This document shows, one piece after another, positions 14,535-28,918 of a DNA stretch of 64,000 nt (positions within the stretch are counted from its first letter, which is position 1; every line of letters starts with the position of its first letter). The DNA comes from Eledone cirrhosa (lineage: Eukaryota). Both the position numbers and the translations under genes were made by a program. The notes under the pieces are model-generated. The model searched no databases and had not been told where the DNA came from. It saw only the letters and a list, made by a program, of their open reading frames with translations. Location: NCBI GenBank assembly GCA_964016885.1, contig OZ024740.1, positions 77,624,001 to 77,688,000 on the forward strand. The letters are read 5' to 3'.

Positions 14535-15605
14535 GTCGTCGTCGTCGTCGTCGTCTTCTTCTTCTTCTTCTTCTTCTTCTTCTCCCCGCCCTCCTCCTCC
14601 TCCTCCTCCTTCTTATTCTTCTTTTTCACCCCATCCTCCTCCTCCTCCTCCTTCTTCTTCTTCTTCTCCTCCTCCTTCTTCTTCTTCTCCCCGTCCTCCT
14701 CCTCATCCTCCTCATCCTCCTCCTTCTTCTTCTTCTTCTTCTTCTTCTCCTCCTCTTTCTTCTTCTTCTTCTTTTTCTTCTTCTTCTTCTCCTCCTCTTT
14801 CTTCTTCTTCTTCTTCTTCTTCTTCTCCTCCTCATCCTTCTTCTTCTTCTTCTTCTTCTTCTTCTTCTTCTTCTTCTTCTTCTTCTTCTTCTCCTCCTCC
14901 TCTTTCTTTCTTCTTCTTCTTCTTCTTTTTCTTCTTCTTCTCCCCGTCATCCTCCTCCTCATCCTTCTTCTTCTTCTTCTTCTTCTTCTTCCTCTTCTCC
15001 CCGCCCTCCTCCTCCACCTCCTCCTCCTCCTTCTTCTTCTTCTTCTCCTCCTCCTTCTTCTTCTCCCCGTCCTCCTCCTCCTCCTCCTCCTCCTCCTCCT
15101 TGTTCTTCTTCTTCTTCTTCTTCTTCTTCTCCTCCTCCTCCTCCTCCTCTTTCTTCTTCTTCTCCTCATCCTCATCCTCATCCTTCTTCTTCTTCTTCTT
15201 CTCCTCCTCCTCCTCTTTCTTTCTTCTTCTTCTTTTTCTTCGTCGTCTCCCCGTCCTCCTCCTCCTCCTCCTCCTTCTTCTTCTTCTTCTTCTTCTCCCC
15301 GTCCTCCTCCTCCTCCTCCTCCTCCTCCTTCTTCTTCTTCTCCCCGTCCTCCTCCTCCTCCTCCTTCTTCTTCTTCTTCTTCTCCTCCTCCTCCTCCTCT
15401 TTCTTCTTCTTTTTCTTCCCCCCCCCTCCTCCTCCTCCTTCTTCTTCTTCTTCTTCTTCGTCGTCTCCCCGTCCTCCTCCTCCTCCTTCTTCTTCTTCTT
15501 CGTCTCCCCGTCCTCCTCCTCTTCCTCCTCCTCATCATCATCCTCCTCATCCCCCCTCTTCTTCTTCTTCTTCTTCTGCTGCTTCTTCTTCTTCTTCTTC
15601 TTCTT
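14535..15605. repeat. about 1.07-kb compound (TCT)n/(CCT)n polypyrimidine tract
   Basis: direct reading; interspersed TCCCCGTCC motifs. Confidence 0.95.
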
Positions 15606-15614
15606 ACGAAATGT

Positions 15615-16040
15615 ACCTAGATTAAGGTTTCAAGTTTAAGCACAAAGCTAAATAAGTTATGCTGAGGAAGGAGAAAGTAGATTATACCAACCCCAGTGCA
15701 TTACTGGTGGTTTATTTTATCGACTCAGGAATGATGAAACGCAACTTTGATTTGAACTCATAATGTAAAGGGCCATAACTAAATGCCGCAAAGCATTTTG
15801 TACGACACACTAACGATTCTGCCAACCCACCGCCCTCATTATACCTAGATGAATGATAATGATTTCTTATTTAGGTACAAGGCCCACCTTTTGAGGGGAG
15901 GAGAAGTCTATTAAATCAACCCCAGTGCATTACTGGTACATTATTTTATCGACCTCGTAAGGATGAAAGGCAAAGCTAACCTTGGCAAGATTTGTACTCG
16001 GAGTGTAAATGACCGTAACTCTATGCCACAAAACCGCCCT
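15615..16040 (-). mobile_element. two diverged family-1 SINE copies
   Basis: SINE core TACTGGT..TTATTTTATCGAC..GATGAAA present twice. Confidence 0.75.
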
Positions 16041-16059
16041 TAAATAATGAAATAATAAA

Positions 16060-16430
16060 TGGAAAGGTAAATACAAGCCGGATATTGTAATCGTTCATAA
16101 GAAAGTGTACCTGGTAATTGACGTAGCATATCCTTTTGGTACCAATGTCAACAAAAAACGCGGAGAAAGAAAAGATCAAACTTTATATTGATTTAAAATA
16201 TGAAATCCACAAGTGCTGAAAAAATTGATAAGTCATGTGATTTTGCTAATTGTCATTGTAAACTTGGCAACCGTGACTTTGAAAGTAAAGCTAGGAAAAC
16301 ATTGTTTAATTGGATTAGCAAGAATTAGTTAGGGTGTCCTTCACACTAACTAAAGTCAGCTACGAACAATATGGAAGGAGCTCAATAGGATAAAGTACAA
16401 GAATGCTTGTTTTCTAAGACCAACGGCACT
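16060..16430 (+). pseudogene. short R4-like RLE endonuclease fragment
   Basis: manual translation KPDIVIVHKKVYLVIDVAYPFGTNV, a PD..D RLE motif. Confidence 0.55.
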
Positions 16431-16454
16431 TGGCGCAACTCATTGAGGTATGTA

Positions 16455-16760
16455 GTGGAATTTGAACTCAGATTTGAATTCAGATCATAAAGGGCCGTAA
16501 CTCTATGCTGCAAAGCATGGCGTCCGACCCTCTACCGATACTGCCAATCCACCGCCCTGTTACATCCCAAGAATTGTTTCTACATTTGGCACAAGGCCAT
16601 CAATTACCCAGTATATTACTGGTACTTTATTTTATTGATCCCAGAAGGATGAAAGGCAAAGTTAACCTCGACGGGATTTGAACTCAGACTCTAAAGGGAC
16701 GTAACTATGTTGGAAAGCATGGCGCCCGACCCTCTACTGATACTGCCAATTCACATCCCA
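16455..16760 (-). mobile_element. partial plus full family-1 SINE
   Basis: match to SINE consensus. Confidence 0.8.
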
Positions 16761-17558
16761 ATAATGATCTAGGAAAGCATTCGCCGAAGATGGCGTTTTA
16801 TCTTAGTTTATATGTTTCAGACACTAACTTCGAAATGAAATGAACGTGCCCCAACTCCGTGTGTGCTTGCACCACTGGAGCAGCGATGTTGTATCAGTCA
16901 ATTATAAAAACATTTGTTCGCTCTACCATCACACCCAACGTTTTGAAGTCGTATACTTCGAAATTGTTACGGCTGACATATACAGAGTTGGAAATATTCG
17001 CGATACATATATAACCAGAATCTCTTCTATCTGTATACGAAATAGATAACTAGAAAACAAGGTAATAACCATGACTACAACTGTAAAGCAGGATTATGTT
17101 TTAGAAATAGCCATGATGGATTCCCAGGTTTGTAACTGCTTTTAAAGTAAAAACAAAAATCGTGCAAGAGCCGAAGTAACTATAAAAAAAGGTTTGGGAA
17201 TTGAAACAAATCAGAACTCTTGTGAAACTGTAATTTGTAAATTATACTGGTTACAATTGATCTGAATGGCTACACAGAAGAAAATACCAGATTCTTTAAT
17301 GCATTACGGTAACACCATTACCTGTGGGATATCGTACCTTCAGATATAAATGTTTAGTTTAAAAACATATTTGGTTCCTTCATCTTGGCAGTAGTATTAC
17401 TTAATTACTTTTGTATATATATATACGTATATGTTTATATATATATATATTCCAAGAGATGGCTACATGAATGGACCTGTTATTTATATTTTTCTCTAAA
17501 AACATTTTTTTCCGATTCTGCCCTGCCCGTTCCTTCAATATTTTAATTTCTCATTATT

Positions 17559-17594
17559 TCTTCTGATGAAGGACTAGCATCCGAAAGGTTAAGA
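17559..17594 (+). ncRNA. minimal type I hammerhead-like motif (degenerate)
   Basis: TCTT-CTGATGA-A-GGA-CTAGCA-TCC-GAAA-GG-TT-AAGA. Confidence 0.5.
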
Positions 17595-17705
17595 CCTTCT
17601 TCCTGCTATTTCAAGCGTTAACCTAATATATTCCTTCCATATACTGTACCGATTGTGTTGTCATTTTTGTTTACCTTTTACATATATAATATATATATGA
17701 CCCTG

Positions 17706-17749
<44 letters not shown>

Positions 17750-18118
17750 ATGTATGACTGTGTGTGTATACATAGATTAAGTAGAATCAATTCAAATTAA
17801 TCGGTTTACACTACAGCTGACTCAACTCTGGAATACAACCTACAGGAGACGGACCTCGTAGCAGCATTGAGTGCTTCGAACGTTGCGCCGCCTGTAACTG
17901 TAGTTACACACCTAACTAACATATGTATATACATACATATGTATATATAACATATATATGCATGTATGTATGTATAAATACAGATTTTTGTATGAAAACG
18001 TACATGTGCATATATATAAACATATGTGCGTGTGTATTTATGAATATACGCATCTATGCACGGACACGCGCACACACACACACACACATACATACACACA
18101 CACACGCATATATATATG

Positions 18119-18208
<90 letters not shown>

Positions 18209-19572
18209 TGTGTGGTGTGTGTCTATATATATGTGTGTAGATAAACATCATTAACATAATTTAAGTGTAATATTTAATTGAATAACAGATGATTACAAAA
18301 TGATTTTCAAGTACCCACTTTACGTTAATGTACGTCACACGAAGTTGTATATAGTTTAAAAAAATATATTCGTCCCACGTAATACGTCCTTTATAATGTG
18401 GTTGTACTACCTACACATATGGTGTGATGTTTCTTTGAAATGTTAGTGCTCACTGCAAACAGATTCATTTCCTAACGCATTTATGCATTCAAATACTTGT
18501 TTAGCTTGTGTATTAGTATAAAACGTAGCCATATCCTGCTTATCACGTGACATCGCGCTGGTTAATGGTGACCAGGATATTTGACGGATATTCTCATATT
18601 TCTCAAATAGGAGAAAAAGTGAGTTTAAGAAAAATATGTTGCAACATCATTATCCACAATTATGTTACAAATCAAATCTTATAGACAATTGGCCCTTTCG
18701 TAAAGTTTTGACTCTTCATCGACGGCAAGCATCTACAAAAGAAAAAGCAGACGACAATCTAATTTTGGTGGACGACTGAACAGATGTCTCTGTATTTATA
18801 TATATCACATCCACTGATATGGATTTTGAACACGCGCACACGCTTAGGTCCCATTAAGGTCAACTGCAGGAATCGGTGATAAGTTACAAAAATGTGTGAT
18901 GATCAATGACCTGGAAGTTGGCTTACCATGAGATTAGTCCGAAGAATAAAACCCAAATCGTATGTTGACGAATATTCGTACTCCCGGCATTGTAACATGC
19001 CGTCTTCGAGAGTAGAGTTTATTTTGTTGATATTTCGAGATGTCGGATCGTGGGAAGATTAACACGAATTAAGAAGATGTAACTTCTCCCCCAGTATTGA
19101 CACTTTGCAACAGTGAACTTTAGGGCCAACATTTCTGATTGTTTATTCGACTTATTATGGTCTTTTTTCTCGGGTTATGTCTACTATAGTGGGAAAATGG
19201 GATAGTTTTATTGAATTGCTTCAGTCATTCGAAGGGCTTTACAAACGGTGATATACAGGGAGCTTGAACAGTACCTGAATATGTCCACTCGGTTATAATT
19301 TCTTCAATAATTGCGATGACTTCCTCAATTGTTCTATGTTTGTTCTTGAACGCTAAGAAAGTAAGTTTGCTATTCTTATACATAAGTTTGTTGAATAAGC
19401 TCGATACTCTTTGAACTCAAACTTCCCCTGCTTATTCACTCTGAATGAAGAAAGCTGGATGGAAGAAGGACTTATGACTTAAACAGCTATTGATAGTAAA
19501 ACAATGAACTAATTAAGCACTAAACTTCACCTTCATTGTTTTCATTGTTCCATCCCTCTATCTCTTTTTCTT

Positions 19573-20334
<762 letters not shown>

Positions 20335-20561
20335 ATATATATATATATATATGTATATGTATATATGTGTGTGTGTAGGAGGTGAGTTTTATTGTAGCAC
20401 AATAAAGCAATGCAAATATCGGATAAGTAGCACTCTACAGTTTGTAGGACTGGAGTATAAATAATATAAGATCAAAAGATGGTTAAAAGAGTTCCAAGTA
20501 TTTTATTATGCGCATTTCAAAAACAAATATCATCATGAGATGTGAATAGTGAATGTATCCC

Positions 20562-20632
20562 TATTTTATCTGATGAAAACGCAGATATCATCTCATGATG
20601 ATATTTGTTTTTGAAATGCGCATAATAAAATA
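20562..20632 (+). ncRNA. type I hammerhead ribozyme in a fold-back element (20464-20667)
   Basis: TATTTTAT-CTGATGA-long stem II (CAGATATCATC/GATGATATTTG)-GAAA-TGCGCA-TA-ATAAAATA; perfect 8-bp stem I and palindromic loop III. Confidence 0.8.
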
Positions 20633-20660
20633 CTTGGAACACTTTTAACCATCTTTTGAT

Positions 20661-20696
<36 letters not shown>

Positions 20697-20860
20697 GATG
20701 TGCAACGAAAGAACTTTGATAGACTATATAATAATCAGCCATTCTCCCAGCCTTTACCGAAAATATAAGTAGTCACTACTTTAAAACTGATAGCGAATGG
20801 TCTTCTAAATGTTTTTAATTAAACATACGGTATATTGCCAAATATACTATGCATACATTC

Positions 20861-20896
<36 letters not shown>

Positions 20897-20981
20897 ATGT
20901 GTGTACATATATATATAAATACATATATATATACATATATAGATATATAGATATATGTGTGTGTGTGTGCGTGTATATCTG

Positions 20982-21013
<32 letters not shown>

Positions 21014-21065
21014 GAGAAGAAAGAAGAATACTGCGTGGTTTGCACATGGGTTACATCTGATAAAA

Positions 21066-21334
21066 ATAGTCCTTCGTCAGTGATTTTCCAACCATCATTG
21101 GTATTTCATCGCAATAAAAATCAGATACCTCAGGTTGGTGCGAGCAATAACTAAAAAAAGTTATTGGGACCAGAATTCGCGTAAGGCGAGGGGGATAAGT
21201 TATTTACTTGTCCCCCTCGCCTTACGCGAATTCTGGTCCCAATAACTTTTTTTAGTTATTGCTCGCACCAACCCGAGGTATCTGATTTTTATTGCGATGA
21301 AATACCAATGATGGTTGGAAAATCACTGACGAAG

Positions 21335-21340
<6 letters not shown>
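21066..21340. repeat. about 275-bp near-perfect palindrome carrying two permuted hammerhead-like motifs (21074-21138 minus, 21268-21332 plus)
   Basis: arms are reverse complements around a TATTT spacer at about 21201-21205. Confidence 0.9.
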
Positions 21341-21397
<57 letters not shown>

Positions 21398-21633
21398 AGT
21401 AATAAGATATAAGAATATAACGGGTTTTTTTCTGACCAATCTAATTACGTTATTTTTAAAAAAAACATATCAAGCATCTAATTTAACTGTCCTTATTTAT
21501 TTATTTGTTTATATTTCCCAATATCTTTACATCCTAGGAAATTTTGAGATTTTGAATTACATACCCCTTTTAATCGATCGCATGCGGTCTCTTTTACGAG
21601 TGTGTCATATAACATTTTATACATCTAATGTTG

Positions 21634-21693
21634 TATTTTGTCTGAAGAAGGCATACTATAATTTATTATCCTTGAAATATATATAACGAAATA
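21634..21693 (+). ncRNA. degenerate type I hammerhead-like motif
   Basis: TATTTTGT-CTGAAGA-AGG...CCTT-GAAA-TATATA-TA-ACGAAATA. Confidence 0.55.
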
Positions 21694-21734
21694 AATTATG
21701 ATGCTATAGTGATATATATTCCATTCATAACTAT

Positions 21735-21829
<95 letters not shown>

Positions 21830-21840
21830 ATGTATGAATA

Positions 21841-22059
21841 TATGAGGGGGTGCTAAAAATTTCCTGGCTTGGTCGCTACAACAGAAGCCTGGTTGGAGAC
21901 CCAGCCCTCTGATTTTTTTACAGGGCTTAGAAAACTGAAGGACCGCTGCATTAAGTGTGTGAATCTGAGAGGCAAATATGTTGAATAAAATCATAATTAA
22001 CTGACCCTCCTGCATTTTCTTTTACCCAAAGCCAGGAACGTTTCAGCACCCACTTGTAC
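21841..22059. mobile_element. mariner-derived MITE
   Basis: TIRs TATGAGGGGGTGCTAAAAATTTCCTGGCTT and AAGCCAGGAACGTTTCAGCACCCACTTGTA with TA ends. Confidence 0.75.
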
Positions 22060-22878
22060 ATACATGCATGTATGCATATATGTATTTAAGCAGACACAAA
22101 CATACATGAGTGTATATATATATATATATAAGGAGTTGACGGACCCAGCATATTTATCAATGCCAGTACCGGTTGTATCTCAGCGTACTCCATGGGAAAT
22201 GTAAGATACATTCCCAGAGTATACACATAGTTATTTGCTTCAACACAACACACGTAAAACGGGTGCCTATAATGGTTCCCGGACTCGAGTTTCTGTCGCA
22301 CTAATGCATCAGTAAGGTGCACTGCACCATTCGTCTCCATATATTATGCAACAATGCATAATCGGCTTATGCGGCTTCATCAGCGGGTATCGCCTAATCA
22401 ATAGCCAATCGATCGACAGAATCCGAACACCAGTCCAAGCCGGCCATGACTGTTTGTGACGACTGACACGGTAAAGCGATTAGCAACTGGCACCCGATAA
22501 GATTCTATCTCTCAACTAGCCACCGATTTACAAATGTTACGTGGTGGCGGGAAGCTAAAGAATCAATCTTTTCGTTCCCGTCAAAAGATCTCAGCCAACG
22601 TGTCTCACACACAAAATTAAGAGGTGAAAAGATGGCTATTAGAAATAGCAGTTCACATTGATGTATAATGGCATGGTAGCATTCGGTTCATGTCTCCAAG
22701 CTCCGTGGCTAGAGGAAAGCGATGGTAACAATAGTAGTGCCAAGAACCTTTAACGGACATTAAATGTGATTATCCATTATAGAACAATATAGTAGCGAGC
22801 TGAAATGTGTCAGCCGCATGCGTAGAGAACAAGTCTATTTCACAACTTAAAAGAGTGAGAGACAAAATTAATAGCAGG

Positions 22879-22937
<59 letters not shown>

Positions 22938-22986
22938 AATAAGATAACAAGGACGATTGGTTACTCCGTCATTGCGTTTATTGGTT

Positions 22987-23067
22987 GGTGACGCGCGTTT
23001 CGCCACTGATGAGCTCGATAAGGTTCGATCTGTATCGATCTGACCCGACTCCACGGCTCATCAGACT
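22987..23067 (-). ncRNA. hammerhead-like motif with long stem II
   Basis: minus strand GT-CTGATGA-GCC...GGC-GAAA-CGCGCG-TC-AC; weak stem I; degenerate relative at about 55465-55555. Confidence 0.45.
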
Positions 23068-23083
23068 GCTTGTAATGCTAATG

Positions 23084-23480
<397 letters not shown>

Positions 23481-23814
23481 CGTATGTATGTAGGTAGGTA
23501 GATATGTAATAGGTGTGCATGTGCATTTGTTTGTATCTTTATATAAGTATGTGTTATGTGTGTTATGTGCGTAGCTGACGTGCAGCCGGCACGCTGTGAG
23601 CATAACCCAAATTCAACATGGTTTCATCAAACTCCATCACTATTTCCGGTGGCAGGACACCCTAACACATTTTGCCATTTGTCGACATGTCTTCCTGTTT
23701 TACATTCCTATTGTCTATAATCTACAAACAGGTTGTTTTTACTACTTCTTCTCCCTCAAATCTCAATATCCCTTCTGTTCCTCCCTGCTTGCCTCCCCTT
23801 CTACATCTTACCGT

Positions 23815-23865
<51 letters not shown>

Positions 23866-23886
23866 CCTTCCTTTAGCCTTTACTGC

Positions 23887-23933
<47 letters not shown>

Positions 23934-24289
23934 TTTACCCTTTACTGCCTCTCCCTCTCTCTTTTCCTTTACCATTTACTGTCTCCCCTCTCTCTTTCTA
24001 CCTTCACTGGCTCTCCTCTCTACTTCTTACTGCTTCTTTTCCTTTTTTCTTTCCCTCTCACTGTCTCTTTCTTGTCGTTTGTTTTCTTTGCAAACAACAC
24101 TAACACCAGCAGCACCACCAACAACACTAACACCTACACCGCCACCAAAACTATCACAACATTATCACAACACTATCACTACTATCAACATCGCCCTCAA
24201 CATTACTAATACCACCACCAAAACTACCACCAACACCATCATCAATACCAATATCACAACACCACCACCAAAACTATCACCAACACCAA

Positions 24290-24900
24290 CATCACTAAAA
24301 CCACCACCAACATCACAACACCACCACCAACATCACAACACCACCACCAACATCACTAACACCACCACCAACATCACAACACCACCACCAACATCACTAA
24401 CACCACCACCAACATCACAACACCACCACCAACATCACTAACACCACCACCAACATCACTAACACCACCACCAACATCACAACACCACCACCAACATCAC
24501 TAAAACCACCACCAACATCACAACACCACCACCAACATCACTAACACCACCACCAACATCACAACACCACCACCAACATCACTAACACCACCACCAACAT
24601 CACAACACCACCACCAACATCACTAACACCACCACCAACATCACAACACCACCACCAACATCACTAACACCACCACCAACATCACAACACCACCACCAAC
24701 ATCACTAACACCACCACCAACATCACAACACCACCACCAACATCACTAACACCACCACCAACATCACAACACCACCACCAACATCACTAACACCACCACC
24801 AACATCACAACACCACCACCAACATCACTAACACCACCACCAACATCACAACACCACCACCAACACCAACATCACTAACACCACCACTAAAACTACCACC
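24290..24900. repeat. minisatellite of alternating 20- and 21-bp units (CACCACCACCAACATCACAA / CACCACCACCAACATCACTAA)
   Basis: direct reading; 41-bp higher-order dimer. Confidence 0.9.
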
Positions 24901-25157
24901 AACACGAACATCACAACACCACCGCCACAAACACCAAAAAGAACAACCACTACTGCCACTTCCCCTTCCAATGAATGCGGCTTGTTTATAGTACGCGTGT
25001 TTGTGTGAATACACTGTATGTTTTGAGTGTACATATGTATATATATATATATAGAAAGGTTTACATATATATATATATAAAGTCATAAATATATATGTGT
25101 TTTGCAACAGGTCACTTTGTGGCTCAATGAAGAATTAATAAATTAAATAATCAGAGC

Positions 25158-25546
25158 TATATATCATAAAACATGTCTATAGAATCACCAGATAAAATAT
25201 ATACCGTTTCCTCTCCCAATTAGCATAATTAACCATATAAAAAATCAATTAGATCAACCTATAAGAATAAAGGCTCCTATAAAGAAATCTCCGACAAATA
25301 ACCGAAAGCAGCCCCTTCGCGGCGGTTACGACGGATCATTTATCGAATATTTCGACAGCATGTATGAATCGACCAGATATACAGTCAACTAAACAGAAGG
25401 GGCTGCTTTCGGTTATTTGTCGGAGATTTCTTCATAGGAGCCTTTATTCTTATAGCTTGGTCTAATTGATTTTTATATGGTTAATTATGCTAATTGGGAG
25501 AGGAAACGGTATATATTTTATCTGGTGATTCTATAGACATGTTTTA

Positions 25547-25553
<7 letters not shown>
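25158..25553. repeat. fold-back element, arms about 160 bp (25158-25318 and 25396-25553)
   Basis: arms reverse-complementary; homologous to 33850-34000 and 34520-34675. Confidence 0.8.
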
Positions 25554-25618
<65 letters not shown>

Positions 25619-26788
25619 TTATTTATATGTTAATCCATTTCTAGTTGTTATAAAATGCTCGGACATATTCATTAGAATCTTGGAGCTTATTTTACGGGTA
25701 ATATGGCGCATGCCTTTCTGGCATGACACCCATAATTTTGATTTAGATTAAATTCACTTTGATTTATCTTAATTTTGGATATAGATATTTAAATACGGCT
25801 CCTTAATTGTAGAGCTAACTCTGCTGAAAGGACTTGACTGCTGTTTCTAGTTGTCGATAACCCTATTCACGCCACTGGGTCGAAGCTGGTATGATGTGTA
25901 TATTTTTAGTAGATACAACACGTGTTACTGGCCAGTCGCTGATTTGAACTTAATGCATAAATACAGATGCCTGGACTTCTTCCTTGTTGAAAATCCAAGT
26001 ATCGGCCTCCGTGGTTAACCATTCGATTAATTGGTGAAATATATTTCTTTAATGGAATATATACAGGGAAGATTAATCATATTATAAGGTATCTATTTTT
26101 GAAGTTCTAGTTAACTTTATTTAGTTACCTACCTAGCTATGTGTGCTTACACACTTGTAAAAATTATCCCCTGTGATTGTTTCATATGTTTATTTATATG
26201 TTAATCAATTTCTAGTTGTTATATATATATATAAAGATTCAGCGAGAATCGCATTTTCGGCGGGCAGGAAAAGCGAAGCGAAACGCAAAAATCAGAAATG
26301 ATACTGGCAAAGTGCTCAATAGTTAAAAACCAAAGCTAAACAATGTGTTAAGAAGCCATACAAAACTGAAGAGGTAGTCAAAAAAGCATTAACCACCCAA
26401 GCCAAAAACCAAATCAAGCTAAACAAGTCAAAACAAAATAAATGATAAAAAATATATATATATATACTTCCGGTCATTTTTATAATTCTGGTATCTAAAA
26501 TTAGTACCATTGAATAACCACTGTTATAGACACCATATATATTTCCGTGGGTACTCAGTACCCACTGGAATATTTATATCATTTATTTGTATTCTCCTCC
26601 TATGTAGAGAAAAAAATGTTATATCGTGCTGCTATTTCTAGTAACATGAAATTTCAACAAGTCTATAATTCCCGCTTTTTTCTAACGGCCTATTTATGTG
26701 TAGGTCACTTTAACGGCCTGACCTCATACATTGGGCAGAAAACAATATGTTTACTACTACAAGACTCTGTGCCCTGTGGTTGGAAATA

Positions 26789-26868
26789 GCTGTCTGAAGA
26801 GCTGATTCTTTCCATTGGAAATTCTCTGAATTTCCAATCTTTTGATAAGCGAAACCGTCGGTCACAGC
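26789..26868 (+). ncRNA. type I hammerhead ribozyme
   Basis: GCTGT-CTGAAGA-GCT..(ATTGGAAATTC/GAATTTCCAAT)..AGC-GAAA-CC-GTC-GG-TC-ACAGC; canonical GUC site and G10.1-C11.1 pair. Confidence 0.8.
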
Positions 26869-26941
26869 ACTAGAACAGGTGAATATTTAAATCGTATTTT
26901 AATTTATTTAAAAGATTGTTTAATGTTTACTTGTTCCGCTC

Positions 26942-27006
<65 letters not shown>

Positions 27007-27832
27007 CATGTTAGCTCCGACATAGCTGTATACATACAAGCATGTGAATTTCATATATCTAATAACATACGGTATGTTTAATAAGTAAACATTTGCAAAG
27101 CCTAGCTATAGATATTGAATGTCTGATGGCTAGCGCCGTCTAGCGGATTCCAGCAGAAACAGCGGGGGGACAACTGTCTATGCACATTTCAGGCTCTGGT
27201 CACCATAAGGGCAGTGCTTTCTCTGCTCACTGTTGCACCTTGAAATAGGCGAAAATATCTCGGATCTCAAATAATAGTCGGGGGGGGGGGGGTAAGAGGA
27301 GATTTGGAAAATCGATAATTTTTCTAGCTTGTCTCCCTTGACATTTTTTTAGTCATTTAGTTTACATATTAAGATCCCAACCCATCCTATTCGTTTTTAT
27401 AACGTATGCAGTGTCCCAACGACCCCGAAAAGGCTTAAGAGATCATGATGTCGATAATGATTTATTCACTCAGCAGATAAAAATGTTATTTAGCATGTCA
27501 GCAAGTTTGGCTTTTGAAAAGAGAATAGTTGGAGGCAGGTATGACAGCCGTGTTACCAGTAGCTCTCAAACTATCGAAAACCTACTTTTAGCCGGAGTAT
27601 TTGGGAGACATGTAGAATCAATGTCATCATAATTAGCATCAGCAGCAAGAAGAAGAGCAAGGTAGCAGAAACAGCGGAATACTATACGAGACACCGACGA
27701 CTAACCAAGGCCTTTTCCTCACTTGAACTTATTTACGCATAGAAAGTACTCCATTGTACACAGACACAAACGCGCGCACACATGTATATATGTATATACT
27801 GTTCTATATTTTTGAGACGAGGAATTATTTAC

Positions 27833-28230
27833 ATAATATACATTGGACGGATAGGTGTCCTCATCTTCTTTTGTTGTTAACACAACGTTTCGGCTAATGT
27901 ACTCTCCAGCCTTCATCAGGTGTCCTAGTGATGTTATTATTAACGTTTGTTCAGGTCACTGCCTAGAATTGTACTCGGAATCTTGAGGTTAGTAGCCCGC
28001 TTTTTAACCACTTTCAGTTTATAAGCACTAAAAATTCACGAGAAAAAAAAAATGGTTAAAAAGCGGGCTACTAACCTCAAGATTCCGAGTACAATTCTAG
28101 GCAGTGACCTGAACAAACGTTAATAATAACATCACTAGGACACCTGATGAAGGCTGGAGAGTACATCAGCCGAAACGTTGTGTTAACAACAAAACAAGAT
28201 GAGGATACTTATCTGTCCAATGTATATTAT
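27833..28230. repeat. about 400-bp palindromic element; each arm has a tRNA-like head plus an HHR (27879-27924 minus, 28139-28184 plus)
   Basis: GACAC-CTGATGA-A-GGCTG..CAGCC-GAAA-CG-TT-GTGTT; arms reverse-complementary around a spacer of about 40 bp. Confidence 0.8.
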
Positions 28231-28257
28231 ATATATATATATAATATACATTGGACA

Positions 28258-28444
28258 GGGCGGTGGATTGGCAGGATCGGTAGAGGGTCGGACGCCATGC
28301 TTTCCAGCATAGTTACGTCCCTTTACGATCTGAGTTCAAATCCTGCCGAGGTTGACTTTGCCTTTCATCCTTACGGGGTCGATAAAATAAAGTATCGGTA
28401 ATGCACTGGGTAATTGCTGGCCTTGTGCCTAAAGTAGAAACAAT

Positions 28445-28446
<2 letters not shown>
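28258..28446 (+). mobile_element. family-1 SINE, full length
   Basis: GGGCGGTGGATTGGCAGGATCGG...GAGTTCAAATCC...AAAGTAGAAACAATTA. Confidence 0.9.
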
Positions 28447-28484
<38 letters not shown>

Positions 28485-28645
28485 TATATAGGAAAAAGTA
28501 TGGACTCCAGAAATAGCCGTTGAAACGGCCTGAGCTGTGCCGTCGGGGTCAAACATTTATCCTATTACCCACTCTACTACCCTAAGTATTGAGTACTCTG
28601 GTGCGTTATGGTCCATCTGGTTCCTTACCACAATTCCCTTTGTTT

Positions 28646-28679
<34 letters not shown>

Positions 28680-28681
<2 letters not shown>

Positions 28682-28918
28682 AAACCAAACGAAAAGAGGC
28701 CCAGGGATAGACCCCAAGCAAGATGGTTGGATAAAATGTATGAACTTCGGTGGTCTCCCTTGGGAATCCAGCTGGATCAGTTGGAGACGGTTGCTTCTGA
28801 CAGGATATGTTGGAAGGAGGGTTTGAGGACTCTGTCCCCACGACCCTCTCGGGAATAAAGGGGAGAAGAAGAAGAAGAAGAAGAAGAAGAAGAAGAAGAA
28901 GAAGAAGAAGAAGAAGAA
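28680..28918 (+). mobile_element. RTE-like LINE 3' end with (GAA)n tail
   Basis: KPNEKRPRDRPQARWLD...DRICWKEGL then AATAAA and (GAA)n. Confidence 0.7.

Noticed and set aside
14513-15639. 345- and 370-aa ORFs
   Set aside because: Translations of trinucleotide repeats; stop-free by composition
22375-22395. Minus-strand CTGATGA near 22377-22383 as a hammerhead
   Set aside because: No correctly placed GAAA or UH and no stems
23596-24441. 281-aa mucin-like ORF
   Set aside because: Made of (CT)n and the CACCAC minisatellite; no splice or domain evidence
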